This document shows positions 50,961-63,525 of a stretch of DNA of 64,000 nucleotides, piece after piece. Origin of the DNA: Mobula hypostoma (Eukaryota); NCBI RefSeq assembly GCF_963921235.1, contig NC_086109.1, positions 12,462,001-12,526,000 of the forward strand. Direction: 5' to 3'. Made by a program: the position numbers and the translations under genes. The notes beneath the pieces were generated by a model. The model had not been told where the DNA came from, did not search any database, and worked only from the letters and a program-made list of their open reading frames with translations. The stretch's first letter is position 1. Every line of letters begins with the position of its first letter.

Positions 50961-52708
50961 AAAACTCTCAAGCTCTGTCTGTCTGTTTGTCTGTTTGTGA
51001 CCTCCAATTAGGGCAAACGGTGTATTACAGCAGCACTTCTTTTGGCTAAATCGAATTAAAATGCTCTAAGTTACAGAATGTAGGCAAAGTTCAGGGTTAT
51101 ATATTTGTATAAAATTGCTCATTCTCCAAAATCAACAGGCTCGCATTCACCCAAGAGCTGATCCATCATCATGGAAATTGGGACATGACAGCCCAATGCA
51201 TGCACACAGCCACCCTCAGCAGCGACACCTACTGGAGCAAAATGGCAGGGCAGCTCTATTTCGAGGGGTCACATTCTGCTAATCACCATCAGCATGTGCA
51301 GGATTGGGACAAATCTAACTGCCACCCATCAATAAGGGATAATTAAATCTTATTGTAATGACATACTTCAAGATACCCATAAAACCCTTTGCTGCAGTCA
51401 AAGGACAGCAGTGACTATATCACATCCGTTTAGGAAAGCGCCAACCACATCAAGAATAATCAGCATCCTTTGGTGTTACTGCTTCATATCTTCTATCCAG
51501 CATTAGAGTAAAAAAAATGGTCAGCCTAATTATGCCGCGTGGAAAGGGAAGGGGGACATTATGATCAAGAGATGACGCCAAACATCGTTGGGAACTGGTA
51601 AGGAGAGGGAGAGAAAAAGAATCGGATGAGGCCAGGGCCACAAGACTCCAGGATCATAGAGTCAGGACATAAAAAGATGAGAGAAGAAGAGACAGAGGAG
51701 GAGAGGCATGAATGTCTCCAAGATCAGAGATCAGTGAGATGAAGGATGAAGGATGAAGAGATGGGGGATGAAAGGACTGCACATTTCCAGAATGACAACG
51801 AAAGGCACAAGGGTAGCAGATAAACCAGAAATGATGCCATCAAAAGTGTCCTTCACTAAACGAGGAGGAGCTATATTTGCTTTGCTACGTGTCATTCTTC
51901 TTTAATAAACTGAGGTTTTCTACTTCAGTTTCCAAAGCAAAGCGATACCAATAGCATTGAGGAAAATTTAAAATGTTCATTCTGGTCACATCAGACTGCA
52001 CTACCCTTCTCTCAAAGGGTGCCCCAATAGGTCACCCCATTGTCTAGTATCTATGTAAGTCTTCTGAAATCCACAATACCAAACACCACTAGAACAGTCG
52101 GAAAGTTCTTAGCAATTGAGAAATGTGTGTGCTTGGCTATGCCCGTACCTCAAATTTTACCAGCTTGAGCTGAGAAATTAAGAAAAAAATAATAAGTGGT
52201 GCTCTGTTGGTCATGGTTGACCTTGTATGCTGTGTCCCAGCAGTCTACATGATAAGCAAGCCAGTACAATATAGAGTGTAAGCTGTTGCCCATGTAGCAG
52301 GCTCGCCTTCTTCACACAGCCAATGATTCCAAAGGAATGGCAGATATAAATACAGTTTGGCACCAGCGGCATCACAGGAGTTGCCAATCAGTATTGAACT
52401 CAATGTCGGACTGGAATAGGGACTCCAGCTCCAGATACTCCCCAAGCCTTACCCATGAGTGGGTATTACTGCAAGGCAGCAGAAGTTTGAGTTGCAGAGT
52501 CTTCCAGAGGAAGTGATAAGGCAGGTACAAACGTACCCATTTAAGAAGCACATGGATAGGTACATGGAGTGGCAGGGCTCAGAGAGATGTGGGCTGAATG
52601 CAGGAAATGAGAATCAGAATCCGGTTTAATATCACTGCCCTATGTCGTGAAATTTGATGGTTCACATCAGAGTTTCATTGATAGACATAATAATAAAAAA
52701 CTGTAAAT

Positions 52709-52711
<3 letters not shown>

Positions 52712-52745
<34 letters not shown>
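52712..52745. repeat. (TA)n microsatellite
   Basis: Direct reading. Confidence 0.95.
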
Positions 52746-52748
<3 letters not shown>

Positions 52749-55700
52749 ATTGCAAGTTTCAGTGTATTAATTATTAAAACACTGAAATTTACAGAAAGTA
52801 TTGTGAAAGTGTGAAAAATAATTAAATTAAATGCATAAAGGAGGAAAAAATAGTGTTATAGTGTTCATGGGTTCACTGTCCATTCACCAATCTGCTGGTT
52901 GAGGGTTTGAAGCTGTTCCTGAAACAATGAGTGTTTGATTTAAGGCTTGAGTACATTCTCCTTGATGGTAGCAATGAGGAGAGGGCATGCCCTATGTAAA
53001 GAGGGTCCTCAATGATGTATACTGTTTTTTTGAGGCATTACCTTTTGAAAGTGTCTTTGATTGTGGGAAGATAGTGCCCACGATGGAATTGGCTGAGTTT
53101 AAACTTTCTGCAGATTTTACTGTACAATTACCCCTCCATGCCAGACAGTGATGGATTCAGTTAGAATGCTCTCCACCGTACATCTGTAGAAATCTGTGAG
53201 TATCACTGACGCCATACCAAGTCTCCTCAAACTTCCGATGAAATATGCCGCCATTGTGCCTCCATTGTAATTGCATCAATATGTTGGGCCCAGGATAGAT
53301 ATTCAGAGATGTTGACACTGAGGAACTTGAAACTGCTCACCCTTTGCCCTGCTGATCCCTCGCTGTGCACTGGTGTATGTTCACTAGACTTCTCCCACCT
53401 GAACTGGGAGCAGCTGGGGTGGGCACTGCAGTCAGCATGGACAGACTGGGCCGAAAGGCCTTTATCCACGCTGTATTGCTCTGTAACTCTACGAGATTGT
53501 TGTGAGTGCTGAACTGAGCCACATGGACACTGAACATGTGAGATACAGAAGAACTTTATTCAACACAGCAGATTGAGAGAGTCTATTTCTGCTCTCTCCA
53601 AGCATCAGAACAGTGATGCTTTATACCTTGTAAATAAAAAGACAACAAACAGTGAATAAATGCAATTTAATAGCTATTGTTACTTAATCCTTAACTTTAA
53701 TTCTTAAAAATAGACTGGCAGCTTTTGCAGAATTGCATATTTATAATGGAAGGACATCCCAAATGAACAGCATATCTGAATTTTAATAGACTTGTGGCTG
53801 GTCCAAGAGCATCTCAGCATAAGCACCAGGCACCCAAAATGTATATTTTTTATTGCAAAGTTGAGCAATGACCCCCTGACTATACAAAGGCCTTTAATAC
53901 TGTATTAATTCAGGAGACGGCCACTTAATGGTTCCCCTGATTTTATCCTGAAGGCTTGATTAAGTGCAATTTAATATCACCATTCTTCTATTGTCTCACA
54001 CTGGGGTGGTATAGAATCAGACGAGGCCACCCTCAGGGTGAAGGAGCAACACCTTATATTTCATCTGGTTAACCGCTAACCTAATAGCATGAATATTGGT
54101 TACTCCATCCTGTTAAATAAAAGTCCTTCCCCCTTCACTCTTCTTCAATTCCCCACTCTGGCCTCTTACCTTTTCTTAACTGCCTCTACCTCCCCCGGGA
54201 CCCCTCCATCTTCCCTTTCTCCTATGGTCCACTCTCCTCTTCTATCAGAGTCCAGCCCTTCTTCTCCAGCCTTTATCTTTCAAACTCACCTGGTTTCACC
54301 TTCCAGCTATCCTCCTTTCCCTCCCCCTCCTTTTTATTCTGGCATCTTCACCCTTCCTTTCCACTCCTGATGAAGAATCTCGGACCCAAACATCGACTGT
54401 TCATTCACTCCCGTGGATGCTGCCTGTTCCTCCAGCCTTCTGTGTATGTTGCTTTAGAATCAGAATGTCTCACACTCAGTGATTGGTTTCAAAACTCTTT
54501 GACAATCAGTGGATTACATTGTACTTCAGGAAGCTTTGCTCCCATTTTTAATTAATACCAATTATCTCTATAATTTTATAACTCCTGGATAATACACAGC
54601 AGTGAAGAAAATGACTGATAAGGGGAATGTAGTAGATGTTTTACACATGGTCTGTTGTAAATCTTTTGTCATGGTCCTTCATATTATGCTGGTCCAGAAA
54701 ATCAAGTAACACAGGATCCATAGTGAGTTTGTAAGTTAGAAGCAAAGTTGGCATGTTGACAGACAACTAAGGCCATGGTGGAGGGGTGATTATCTGACTG
54801 GAGGCCTGTGACCAGTGGAGCTCTGTAAGATTCAGTGCTTGGATCTCTGTTGCTTGTAATAGATATAAATGATTTGCATGAAAATATAGGTAGTTTTGTA
54901 GACAAAATAAAATTGTAGGATCTGTGGATAGTGAAGAATGTGGTCGAAGGATACAGCAAGATATAGATCAGCTGGGAATTGGGACAGAGAAAAGACATAT
55001 AGACTTCAAATCACGCAAGCATGAGGTGTTGCATTTTGGGAGGTAAAATGCAAGACAAAATTATATAGTTACTGGCAGGACGCTGTGGAGCACTGATCTA
55101 CAATGAGATTGTGACATGCAAGTCCACAGCTCCCGAAAGTAACAATGCGAGTGAGCAGGGCAGTAAAGGCAGTGTATGGCATGCTTGCCAGCATTGAGTA
55201 TGAAAGTTGGCAAGTCATGTTGCAACTGTGTAAAACTTTGGCAATACTTAGAGTAATTGACTGTAGTTTCGGTCTTCATGCTATAGAAAGAATGTGGAGG
55301 CTTCGGAGATGTCTGTACAATAGAGGTTAACCATGGTTTTGCCTGGATTAGAGTGTAATAGCTATATGGGGAGCTTGGACAAGTTGGAGTGTCAGAGCCT
55401 GAGGGGCGAGCTATTGGAAAGGTGTGAAATTACGAAAGGCATAGATAGGAGAGATAGTCATAGCTTCCAGGGTAGAAGTGTAAAATACAAAAGGACCCAC
55501 ATTTAAGGTGTACAGTAGAAACTTTGAAGGGGATGTGAGAGACATTTTTTTTAAATACACAGGGAGTATAAGTAGTGCCTGGAATTGTCTACCAAGGGAT
55601 GTGGTGGAAGCAGATACAATAGCAACATTGAAAAGGTATTTAAACAGACACATGGACAGGTAAGAACGTGCAGACAGATGGAATTAGTTGGACTGGAATA

Positions 55701-56049
55701 ATGGTCAGCACAGACAGGATGAGCCAAAGGGCCTTTCCCTGTGTTATACCTTGATATGATCTACATTCTATATTCTTTGTTTCGCTGAATTTGCCTCAAA
55801 AGGTGAGAGAGTAGATTTCCAGTCAGTCTCATACAGCAATCTCTCATTATATAACAAACTCAAAATCCCAAGAATCCTTCTGGGAAAAGTTTGCTGTACT
55901 CAATCCATTGTAACTGTATCCTTCCTCAGGTGGAAAGAAACACAAAATGGTCCAGATGCAGTCTTACCAGGGCTCTGTATAATTGGAACATGATAATCAC
56001 TCTGTTAGCATTTAAATAGGTGAAAAAAGTTATGACTGAGGAGGGTGTG

Positions 56050-56620
56050 TCTTGAGTGAATATTGTAGAACTCAGAAAGAGGAGCAAGGGCATTTTGACA
56101 TTTGTAGGGGTGATCTAGCCTCCAAGAGGACCACAACCTTGTCAAGGTTTGAAGGCTTGTGTGCCTCAGTGACCCAGAGAGCTATGCTTTGTCTCTTGGT
56201 AGGGTTATCCTTGCCAATCAGGTCAAAGTGCAGAGGCCAGACTAAGAGTGGTCCACCGGTCCTCCAGGTTCGGGGTTTCAGCTCAGGGCTAACAACCCTG
56301 ACAGGTAAAACAAAACTGTTATAGAAACAGCAATGAAGAGTCCTTCTGCATCTGAGTGAGATGGTATTGCTGATTCTCAACCTGGGATTTGCCCAGCTAC
56401 CAAGAGTGAAAACTGAGAGGAAGCTACTGACATGATGAAGGAAGCCCTGAACACCACCAGAGATGGAGGACATTCATTGGTGCCCAAAATGCCAGCAGCT
56501 GAACGGGCAGTAACACAGAGAGATCTAGACTCAGACCCTTGCTTCCAATAGGTCATACTTGCTGATGAAGAGGAGCTAGAAAGGGGCCTGGGTGGAAGAA
56601 GCAGCTCAGAAAAAAGCTTG
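56050..56620 (+). mobile_element. RTE-derived non-autonomous element, 5' region
   Basis: Contains GGTCCACCGGTCCTCCAGGTTCGGGG...GGCTAACAACCCTGAC, recalled as an RTE 5' UTR; no RT motifs. Confidence 0.45.
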
Positions 56621-57622
56621 ACAAAGTAATTATGTGGATAGATTAAAGCAAAAGAGTTACACTCAGTGGCCACTCGATTGGGTACACCTGTTCACCTGCT
56701 CATAACGCAAATTCCTAATCAGCCAATCATGTGGTAGCAATGTGATGCATAAAAGCATGCAGATCTGGTCAAGAGGTTCAGTTGTTGTTCAGAACAAACA
56801 TTGGAATGGAGAAGAAATGTGACATAAGCGATTAACAAAAAAAAAGATCCAGTGAGTGGCAGTTCTATGCGTGCAAATGCCTTGTTACTGAGAGAGGTCA
56901 GAGGTGTTGGAAACCACTGCATTTTTAAAGTAATTCTTTCTATAAGATCTGTACTTTTTAAAAAACTCACGTATTTTTCACCGTACGTGCTGGTTTGTCC
57001 CCACTCATTGGCAGAAAGCGTTATAGCAGTTAAACTCATGGTTTATCATTTTTCTCATTTTTCACTGGGTAAGTATTAGCACATTACCCACGTGAGGTAA
57101 TTGTTTCAATTATGTATTGTATTAAGCCATTTTTTCTCTATAAGGAATTCTACTTAGCTATAAAAGTAATGGATTTTTCAGAGGTGCCATCTTTTTGCCT
57201 TTGTATTCTTTGCTGTTCATTTACCTCTTACTTTGTTACTCAGCTCTTAATTTATTTTGCTTTGTATTTGTCTGTTTGTTTGTAGTTTAAAATAAACAAT
57301 CATTAGAATTAAGATGCACATCCTTCCTGACTCCCAGAAGAACCAGAAGAAAGATTAAATAAAGAGGTCTTATAGAGGACAATGGCCAGACTGGTGGAAG
57401 GTGACAGTAATTTAAATAAACATGTGTTACAACAGTGGTGTGCAGAAGAACACTTTTCAATGCAGAACACACTGACATACATGCTTTTATGCATCTAGTT
57501 GCTGCTACATGATTGGCTGATTAGATATTTTCATTAACAAGCATCAACAGGTGTACCTAATAAAGTGGCCTCTGAGCGCAACTCTTCTGCCTTAATTCAT
57601 CCACATAATTACTTTATCAAGC

Positions 57623-57877
57623 TTATTCCAAGTCCTGTGGGGTACGAGGAGAGGAAGTTTTCCGTTTGGGCCTTGCGGGTTGGCTCTGAAATTTGATATC
57701 TGCGTAGGTGACACTGTCCTCATCAGTAAAAGAGTGCACTGCTCTTGATCTTCTTTTAAATTTCACGTTGGCATACACATTTCCATTTTCACTGTTAGCC
57801 AACTGGGCAGCTGCCTCATTGCTTCGAACATGGTGTAGATCTGCATAAACGATGTTTTCTTCCATCATGGCCAGTTC
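57623..57877 (-). CDS. Inhibitory receptor, terminal exon with ITIMs (IVYADL, VTYADI, and ITIM-like NVYANV)
   Basis: Acceptor tttatcatttcag|, phase 0; 84 codons then TAA at 57623-57625; three evenly spaced YA[DN][LVI] motifs. Confidence 0.88.
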   Translation of the reverse strand, partial: ELAMMEENIVYADLHHVRSNEAAAQLANSENGNVYANVKFKRRSRAVHSFTDEDSVTYADIKFQSQPARPKRKTSSPRTPQDLE

Positions 57878-59074
57878 CTGAAATGATAAATAACTTCCAA
57901 GATCTATTTTATGTCTGTTGAATGTGAAAGGTGAGGGTGTGAAAGGTTACTGGGAGAAGGCAGGAAAATAGGGTGGAAGGAAAATAAATCAGTCATGATT
58001 GAAGGGTGGAACAGTCTTGATGGGCCAAATGGCCTAATTCTGCTCCTATACCATATGATCTTACGGTTTTAAGTTCCTCCAATTTTTAAAAATAACTATC
58101 CTATGTTCATAACTCAAGTTCTTTTCTGATCTGTAAGTGGAAACACCTTCACTATCCTGTAAAACAATTGGATAGTCTTGAACACATCTACTAGATCACC
58201 CTCAGTTTTCTCTCTTTAAATAAACCCTGATCCTTTAAATAAACCCTCAACTTCTAGAATTTAATTTTCCAGAGTGGTTGATAACAGCTTATGACTCAAT
58301 GACTGTGATCCTCAGTCAGGACCCACTACTAACTGGGCAACAACAGCATGTTGCTTTACAACACCAACATGCTAAGCTGGTCCAAGGTGTTTCACAGAGT
58401 TTAGCAAGAGAAGAGTTTCAAAATGAACTTGAGAATTATTTGGGCAAATTACAATATTTTTAGGATTTACAGTCTAAATGGTTTGTTGTAGGAGGTTAAT
58501 TGATCACATGGGTGTAATTAGGTGGCTCGTGGGTCGGAAGGACCGGTTACTCTGCTGTATCTCTAATGAACAAAAGTTAAGAGGACAGAATTGCAGGAGT
58601 TCATGGTGTTAAGTCTAGTGTGTGGGATTTGGGCAGCTGAAGCTACCGACATTGGTAGTGGGATTCCAAGACTGGAGGATGCACAAGAGGAACAAACAGT
58701 TCTCTGAGGGTACAGCTCTTGGAGAGAACGTGATGCAAAGAAGGGAAAATGTACGGCAGAGCAGAATCCTTCAGCAATCTCCACTCTGCAGTTAGTTACC
58801 TTTGGAAAAGTGAAAAGCAACTGATGAAATTGTGAAATTGAGAAAGCTCTTTGATGATATTGACCTTAATTATTCAATTTGGAAAAATTAAATCAATTAG
58901 AACATTAATTATTGAAGGTAATAATAACAAGCAAGCTGAAAACTGTGGAAAATATCATGAACAAAGATTGTTGATAACAGACCTAAGGGTCAATAGAATA
59001 TTCATACTGGTGTCAGGATTGAGGGGTAGGGTGAGAAAGTGGGTGGGTGAGGTCAGCACAGGACAGATACTTAT

Positions 59075-59295
59075 TTAAAGATACAGCTTGGTAACAGGCC
59101 ATTCTGGCCCAACAAGCCCGTATTACCCAATTAAACTCATGTGACCAAATTAACATACTAACCTCTTTGGAATGTGGGAGGAAACCAGAGCACCCAGAGG
59201 AAATCCACACGGTCACGGAGAGAACATAAAACCTCCTTACAGAGAGGAGTGGAAATGAACCCAAGGTACTGGCGCTGTTTAGTGTTACACTAACC
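59075..59295 (-). mobile_element. V-SINE (HE1-type); further copies at about 59870-60160, 61855-62135 and 63690-63965
   Basis: Central domain GGATTTCCTCTGGGTGCTCTGGTTTCCTCCCACA, a tRNA-like head and a LINE-like tail. Confidence 0.75.
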
Positions 59296-59763
59296 ACTAA
59301 GCTACTGTGTCATCTCTAAAATTGTTATTCTTAATTGATCTGACCCATTTTTTCTGATTTCACATTGAGTTTGAGACTCAGAGGGAATATACAAAATGTA
59401 AACTGAAAAGCCATTGAACCCAAAGACAGATTTACACAATTAGATGCTCCATCTCTAACAGTAGAGAAAGGACCAATCTCACTCTTCACCATTCAGTAAT
59501 GATAATAAAGACTGGAGCCACTTAGATGAACAGTCAGGTAAAATATTATAGACGCACTTTAGGAAAAGCTGGATGAGCAGAACAGAAAGAGACAAATAAC
59601 CCGAAGGATAGGCCAATAGAAATCAATGAGGGGGGGTTCGGAGGTTTGTGTCTAATATAAATACTAGACTGGACTAGTGGGGATTAATGAGCTGTAAACT
59701 CCCATGTAATCCAATTTCTAAACATTCTGAAGCATTCAGACAATTTATACTTCAAGTCCGTAC

Positions 59764-59810
59764 CTGGGTATCCTTGTTGCCTTCTCCGTGAGTTGTGTTG
59801 TGCTTAGATT
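59764..59810 (-). CDS. Inhibitory receptor, cytoplasmic exon (E)SKHNTTHGEGNKDTQ
   Basis: Acceptor gtattttccag| and donor CAG|gtacgg; 47 nt; phase 1 to 0, bridging the TM and ITIM exons. Confidence 0.75.
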
Positions 59811-62669
59811 CTGGAAAATACAACATTACTGCTAAAAATTCCATGTCAGGAACAGACATAAAGATTTATTTATTTGTTTATTTAGTGATACAGCACACAG
59901 CAGGCAATTTCAGCCTTCCCCAGCAACCCTGGACAAACCAGATTAACCGTAACCTAATCATGGTGCAATTTCCATTGACCAATTCACCTACCCGGTACGT
60001 CTTTGGACTGTGGGAGGAAACTGGAGGACCCGGAGTGTATCCATGCATCCCACAGGGAGGACATACAGAGACTCCTTTCAGAACGGCACTGGAATTGAAC
60101 TGCAAACTTCAGAACGCCCCGAGCTGTAATAGCTTCACATGAACCACTAGGTTACCATGACACCCATACTGAATCTCAGAACCACGGGAACCCCAGCTGC
60201 AACACAGTAGTGATTCTTCACACAGAGCAAACCTCTGCTCTGGTTACTGCACAATGTTCAGAAAGGATCATATTGTTTTTTACCTCACCTTCTCTGCTAC
60301 TGAAAACTAACGTTTATCATCTTTGAACATTATGATAAAGGTTTTGGATTTGAAATTTTATCTTTCTTTTTATTGCTACAAATTCTGTCTGATTTACCTA
60401 CATTTCCTTCATTGTCTGTGTGTGTGTGCTTAGAGAATATTTCTCCTTCACAATATGATGGAGCAGATTACCTGACAATATTCACACTGTCCCATGAACA
60501 TCTCACTGATCTCCCCAGGACTCTGTGGTAGATTGTCCCTCAGGCAGGAGGAACAAACTGCCCAAAATAAAAATCATCTCATTTACCAACTGACCATAAA
60601 TCCTTTCAAATTCAACACCAAGATAAACAATTTCATATGGAAACCGAATGTCCCATCCTCAATGAACGGCTTTGATGGCCTTAGACTATTAGTGAATCTC
60701 ATGTTCCTTCCTGATATAGTTTGCTATTTTATTTCTAGCCACTAGATATCACTGCTTACTTGTAAGTTTACAGCAGTTTTTCATTCCTTACTACTGTGTT
60801 TCTAAGCAATTGACCTTTGACATTAGGTTGGCCTTTTTATAATCACTTGTGTACTTATTCGTTCATTTATCAGAAACAACTTGTGATGAGTCAAAGGAAT
60901 TTTAATCAACATTTGAATCCATCTCTTGTGAGAACAGCTAGAAGCATTGTCTTTTTACTCAGCTCCTTGTGCACTGCAATGCATTGGTGACCAATAAAAC
61001 CACCTTCAGACTACAACTACACCTGGACTGGAGTTTATCTATCTGTCTAGTCTAAAAAATAGGGAAAACCCTTGAGTGAGGGCAGAATAGTGCAAGTTGA
61101 ATTGTGAACAGATTTTATTTCCCAAATCCTGCTTCCCATTTTTTAATTAATGGTAGTTAACCATATAAAGAGAAATTTCAAAGGAAATCAAGAGCAGTAC
61201 ATTCTATTACTGATGAGGATAATGTCACCGATGCAGAAATCAAATCTCAAAGCCTGCCCATCTTTAAATCTTCATTTATCCTATTACTACCCACCTTTTG
61301 TCTCACACGTCATCATTCCTTATGAACTTATTCTGTCCTGTACTCCCTCAGAAACCCTCTCTTTTGTGCTTCCTTCCGTACTTCCTCTGCATCTCAAGAC
61401 TCGTTATTGCTCACATATTCCAGTTCTGATGCAAGACCATTGCCTTGAAGGATCAGCTGTTCCTCTCTCCATAGCTGCCATCTGACATGCTGTGCATCCC
61501 TAGCACTTTTCTGCCTATATCTCAGGGAATATTTAGGGAATTTCTCTTTGGAAAAGAATGCATTCCTTTGGTTCAGATCTTTGCAATAAACACTGGCTAG
61601 GGGATAATACTACGCTGAAAGTAATTGTCTGGTTTGTTGGGGAGAGAGAGAGAGAGAGAGGCCAGAAACTAAATCACGGGGAGCAGTTGAAATATTAGTT
61701 GTCTTAATTTTCAGCCAGTGAGTTGGAGGCTGCAGGGGCTTTATTTTCCAGTGTTCAACTCCATTTCCCCATCTAATAATAACACAGAGATGATCTCTGT
61801 ACTCACAGTTCTCTTCAATGGTTTACAAAGTCTACTTAAAGGACACAAGATTACTTATTTATTTATTTATACATCACAGAGTAAACCCTTCTGGCCCTTT
61901 GTGCCACGCTGACCCAGTGACCCCGACAAGCCTGATTAAACTTAATCCAATCATGGAACAATTTACAATGACCATATAACTCTCTTTGGAGAGTGGGAGG
62001 AAACTGGAGCACCCAGAGACACGTTCAATGGGCTGGACACAGAGACTCTGTACAGAACAACATCGGAATTGAACTCCGATCTCCAAAAAGCCCCAAGGAG
62101 TAACAGTGTGGTGCTAACCCCTACGCTACCGTGGTGCCCATCTCAGGATCATCTCAGCAAAGCAGACCCGTGACTTAATCTACAGCAACCAATGAGAGCA
62201 GGGTACTTTGTCCAGTGATATATAGTGAGTGGTAGATAGGTGAAAGATACACCTGATCTTTTTTTTTTGAGAATGACATGAGAGAATGAGTTTACACATA
62301 CATTGTCCAAATGATTGCTTTTAATTTGGAAGTTGTACTGAGGAACAGCTTATGGAATACACCTTCAAATACAACAGCTAATTCCCCAAAACTGAGTACA
62401 ACAGTGAGACCACCTAAATCTTTCTTCAACCCAGCCTCTTGGTTCTCTGCCATTCCACACCTGAGGTGAGATTCCATCACCTGATGTTTCAGGAATAATG
62501 GAGTCACCAGGTTCAGTGGAAGCAACACCATTTTATCATGTGTTGTAAACCAACAAATTGGCACTCTAATCCTGGCTTTTTGTTGACGGCAACGAAATCA
62601 AGTTCTTTAAGGTTCAGCTGCTAGTTATCATATTCATCATGAAATAATTAAAGGAAAAAAGAAACCTAC

Positions 62670-62761
62670 CCCTGTTTTTTCTCTTCAGGTAGCAAAGTAG
62701 ACAAATGACAAGTAGTATGAGAAGAGTTCCAACGACACTGAGCACAATTATGTAAGTAGGC
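62670..62761 (-). CDS. Inhibitory receptor, transmembrane exon PTYIIVLSVVGTLLILLVICLLCYLKRKNR
   Basis: Acceptor attctttaccacag| and donor |gtaggt; 92 nt; phase 2 to 1; uncharged TM followed by a basic stop-transfer segment. Confidence 0.88.
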
Positions 62762-63446
62762 CTGTGGTAAAGAATAGGAAAGGGTCAGTCCTGGTTTGAA
62801 ACTTATTCTTGGCCATTTGTAAAGTCTGACATTTACACAGCATTTTTCATGCATTCAGGATGTCTGCAGATCAGAAAATGAACATTAGACACTGTTGACA
62901 GTGTGGGAAATTGCAATAGCCGATCTGCTCACAGCAAGGTCTCACAAGTAGAAATGTGACCACGACCAATGATAGCGATTTGGTTAAAGAGTAACTATTG
63001 TCCGGGCTATTTGGGAACCCTCACATGTTCTTTTACAAACATTTCATTGGAACTGTTACATTAAAGAATTGATTGGTGGCTTCTTCTCTGACAGACAGAG
63101 TTGCTGACCATGTAGCCGAACCTCTTCTTTGAATGGTTTCCATGGTTTTCTTTGTTTTGCGGCTGTCTGGACCCTTGTTTGGCTTGGACGAGTCAGGCTG
63201 AAGGGCCTGTTGTTCTAATATACAACAATGACTTTAGTACTCAGAATATTTAGGGTAAGAAGATTATCTTTGATCTCAGGCTTGACACCTGTACAAGAAA
63301 ATCAGTTTCCAACACATCATTTCATTGAAGTTAATCATGTCAAATGTTTTTAATACCAGTTAAAGAGAAACAGATTTCTCTCCCAACTGGCTCTATTTGG
63401 AAGGAGTAGCAGTGAAACCAGCCGTAGAGAGAAACTTATACTTTAC

Positions 63447-63525
63447 ATTTTATCTGATTTAGATTCTTCCCCTTGTGTAGTTGTCGTAGATTCTGTCACA
63501 GTATTTTCACAGAAATGGATTGGCC
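63447..63525 (-). CDS. Inhibitory receptor, stalk exon (G)PIHFCENTVTESTTTTQGEESKSDK(M)
   Basis: Acceptor gattttcttttaacag| and donor |gtaaag; 79 nt; phase 1 to 2; Thr-rich. The Ig exons presumably lie beyond the window. Confidence 0.78.

Noticed and set aside
50960-51460. Possible Helitron-derived segment
   Set aside because: Only a vague terminal resemblance; no diagnostic 3' hairpin/CTRR end or coding motif identified.
57623-57868. ITIM ORF as the N-terminus of a type II C-type lectin receptor
   Set aside because: It ends in a stop codon and is preceded by an in-phase acceptor and upstream TM and stalk exons, so it is a C-terminal tail.
58563-58820. 85-aa minus-strand ORF near the ITIM exon
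   Set aside because: No TM or motif, and not needed for a phase-consistent model.
60468-60555. Exon-like segment with AG/GT ends in the inhibitory gene intron
   Set aside because: Its only open reading ends in phase 0, which does not fit the phase-1 start of the next exon; possible only as an alternative to 59764-59810, without evidence.
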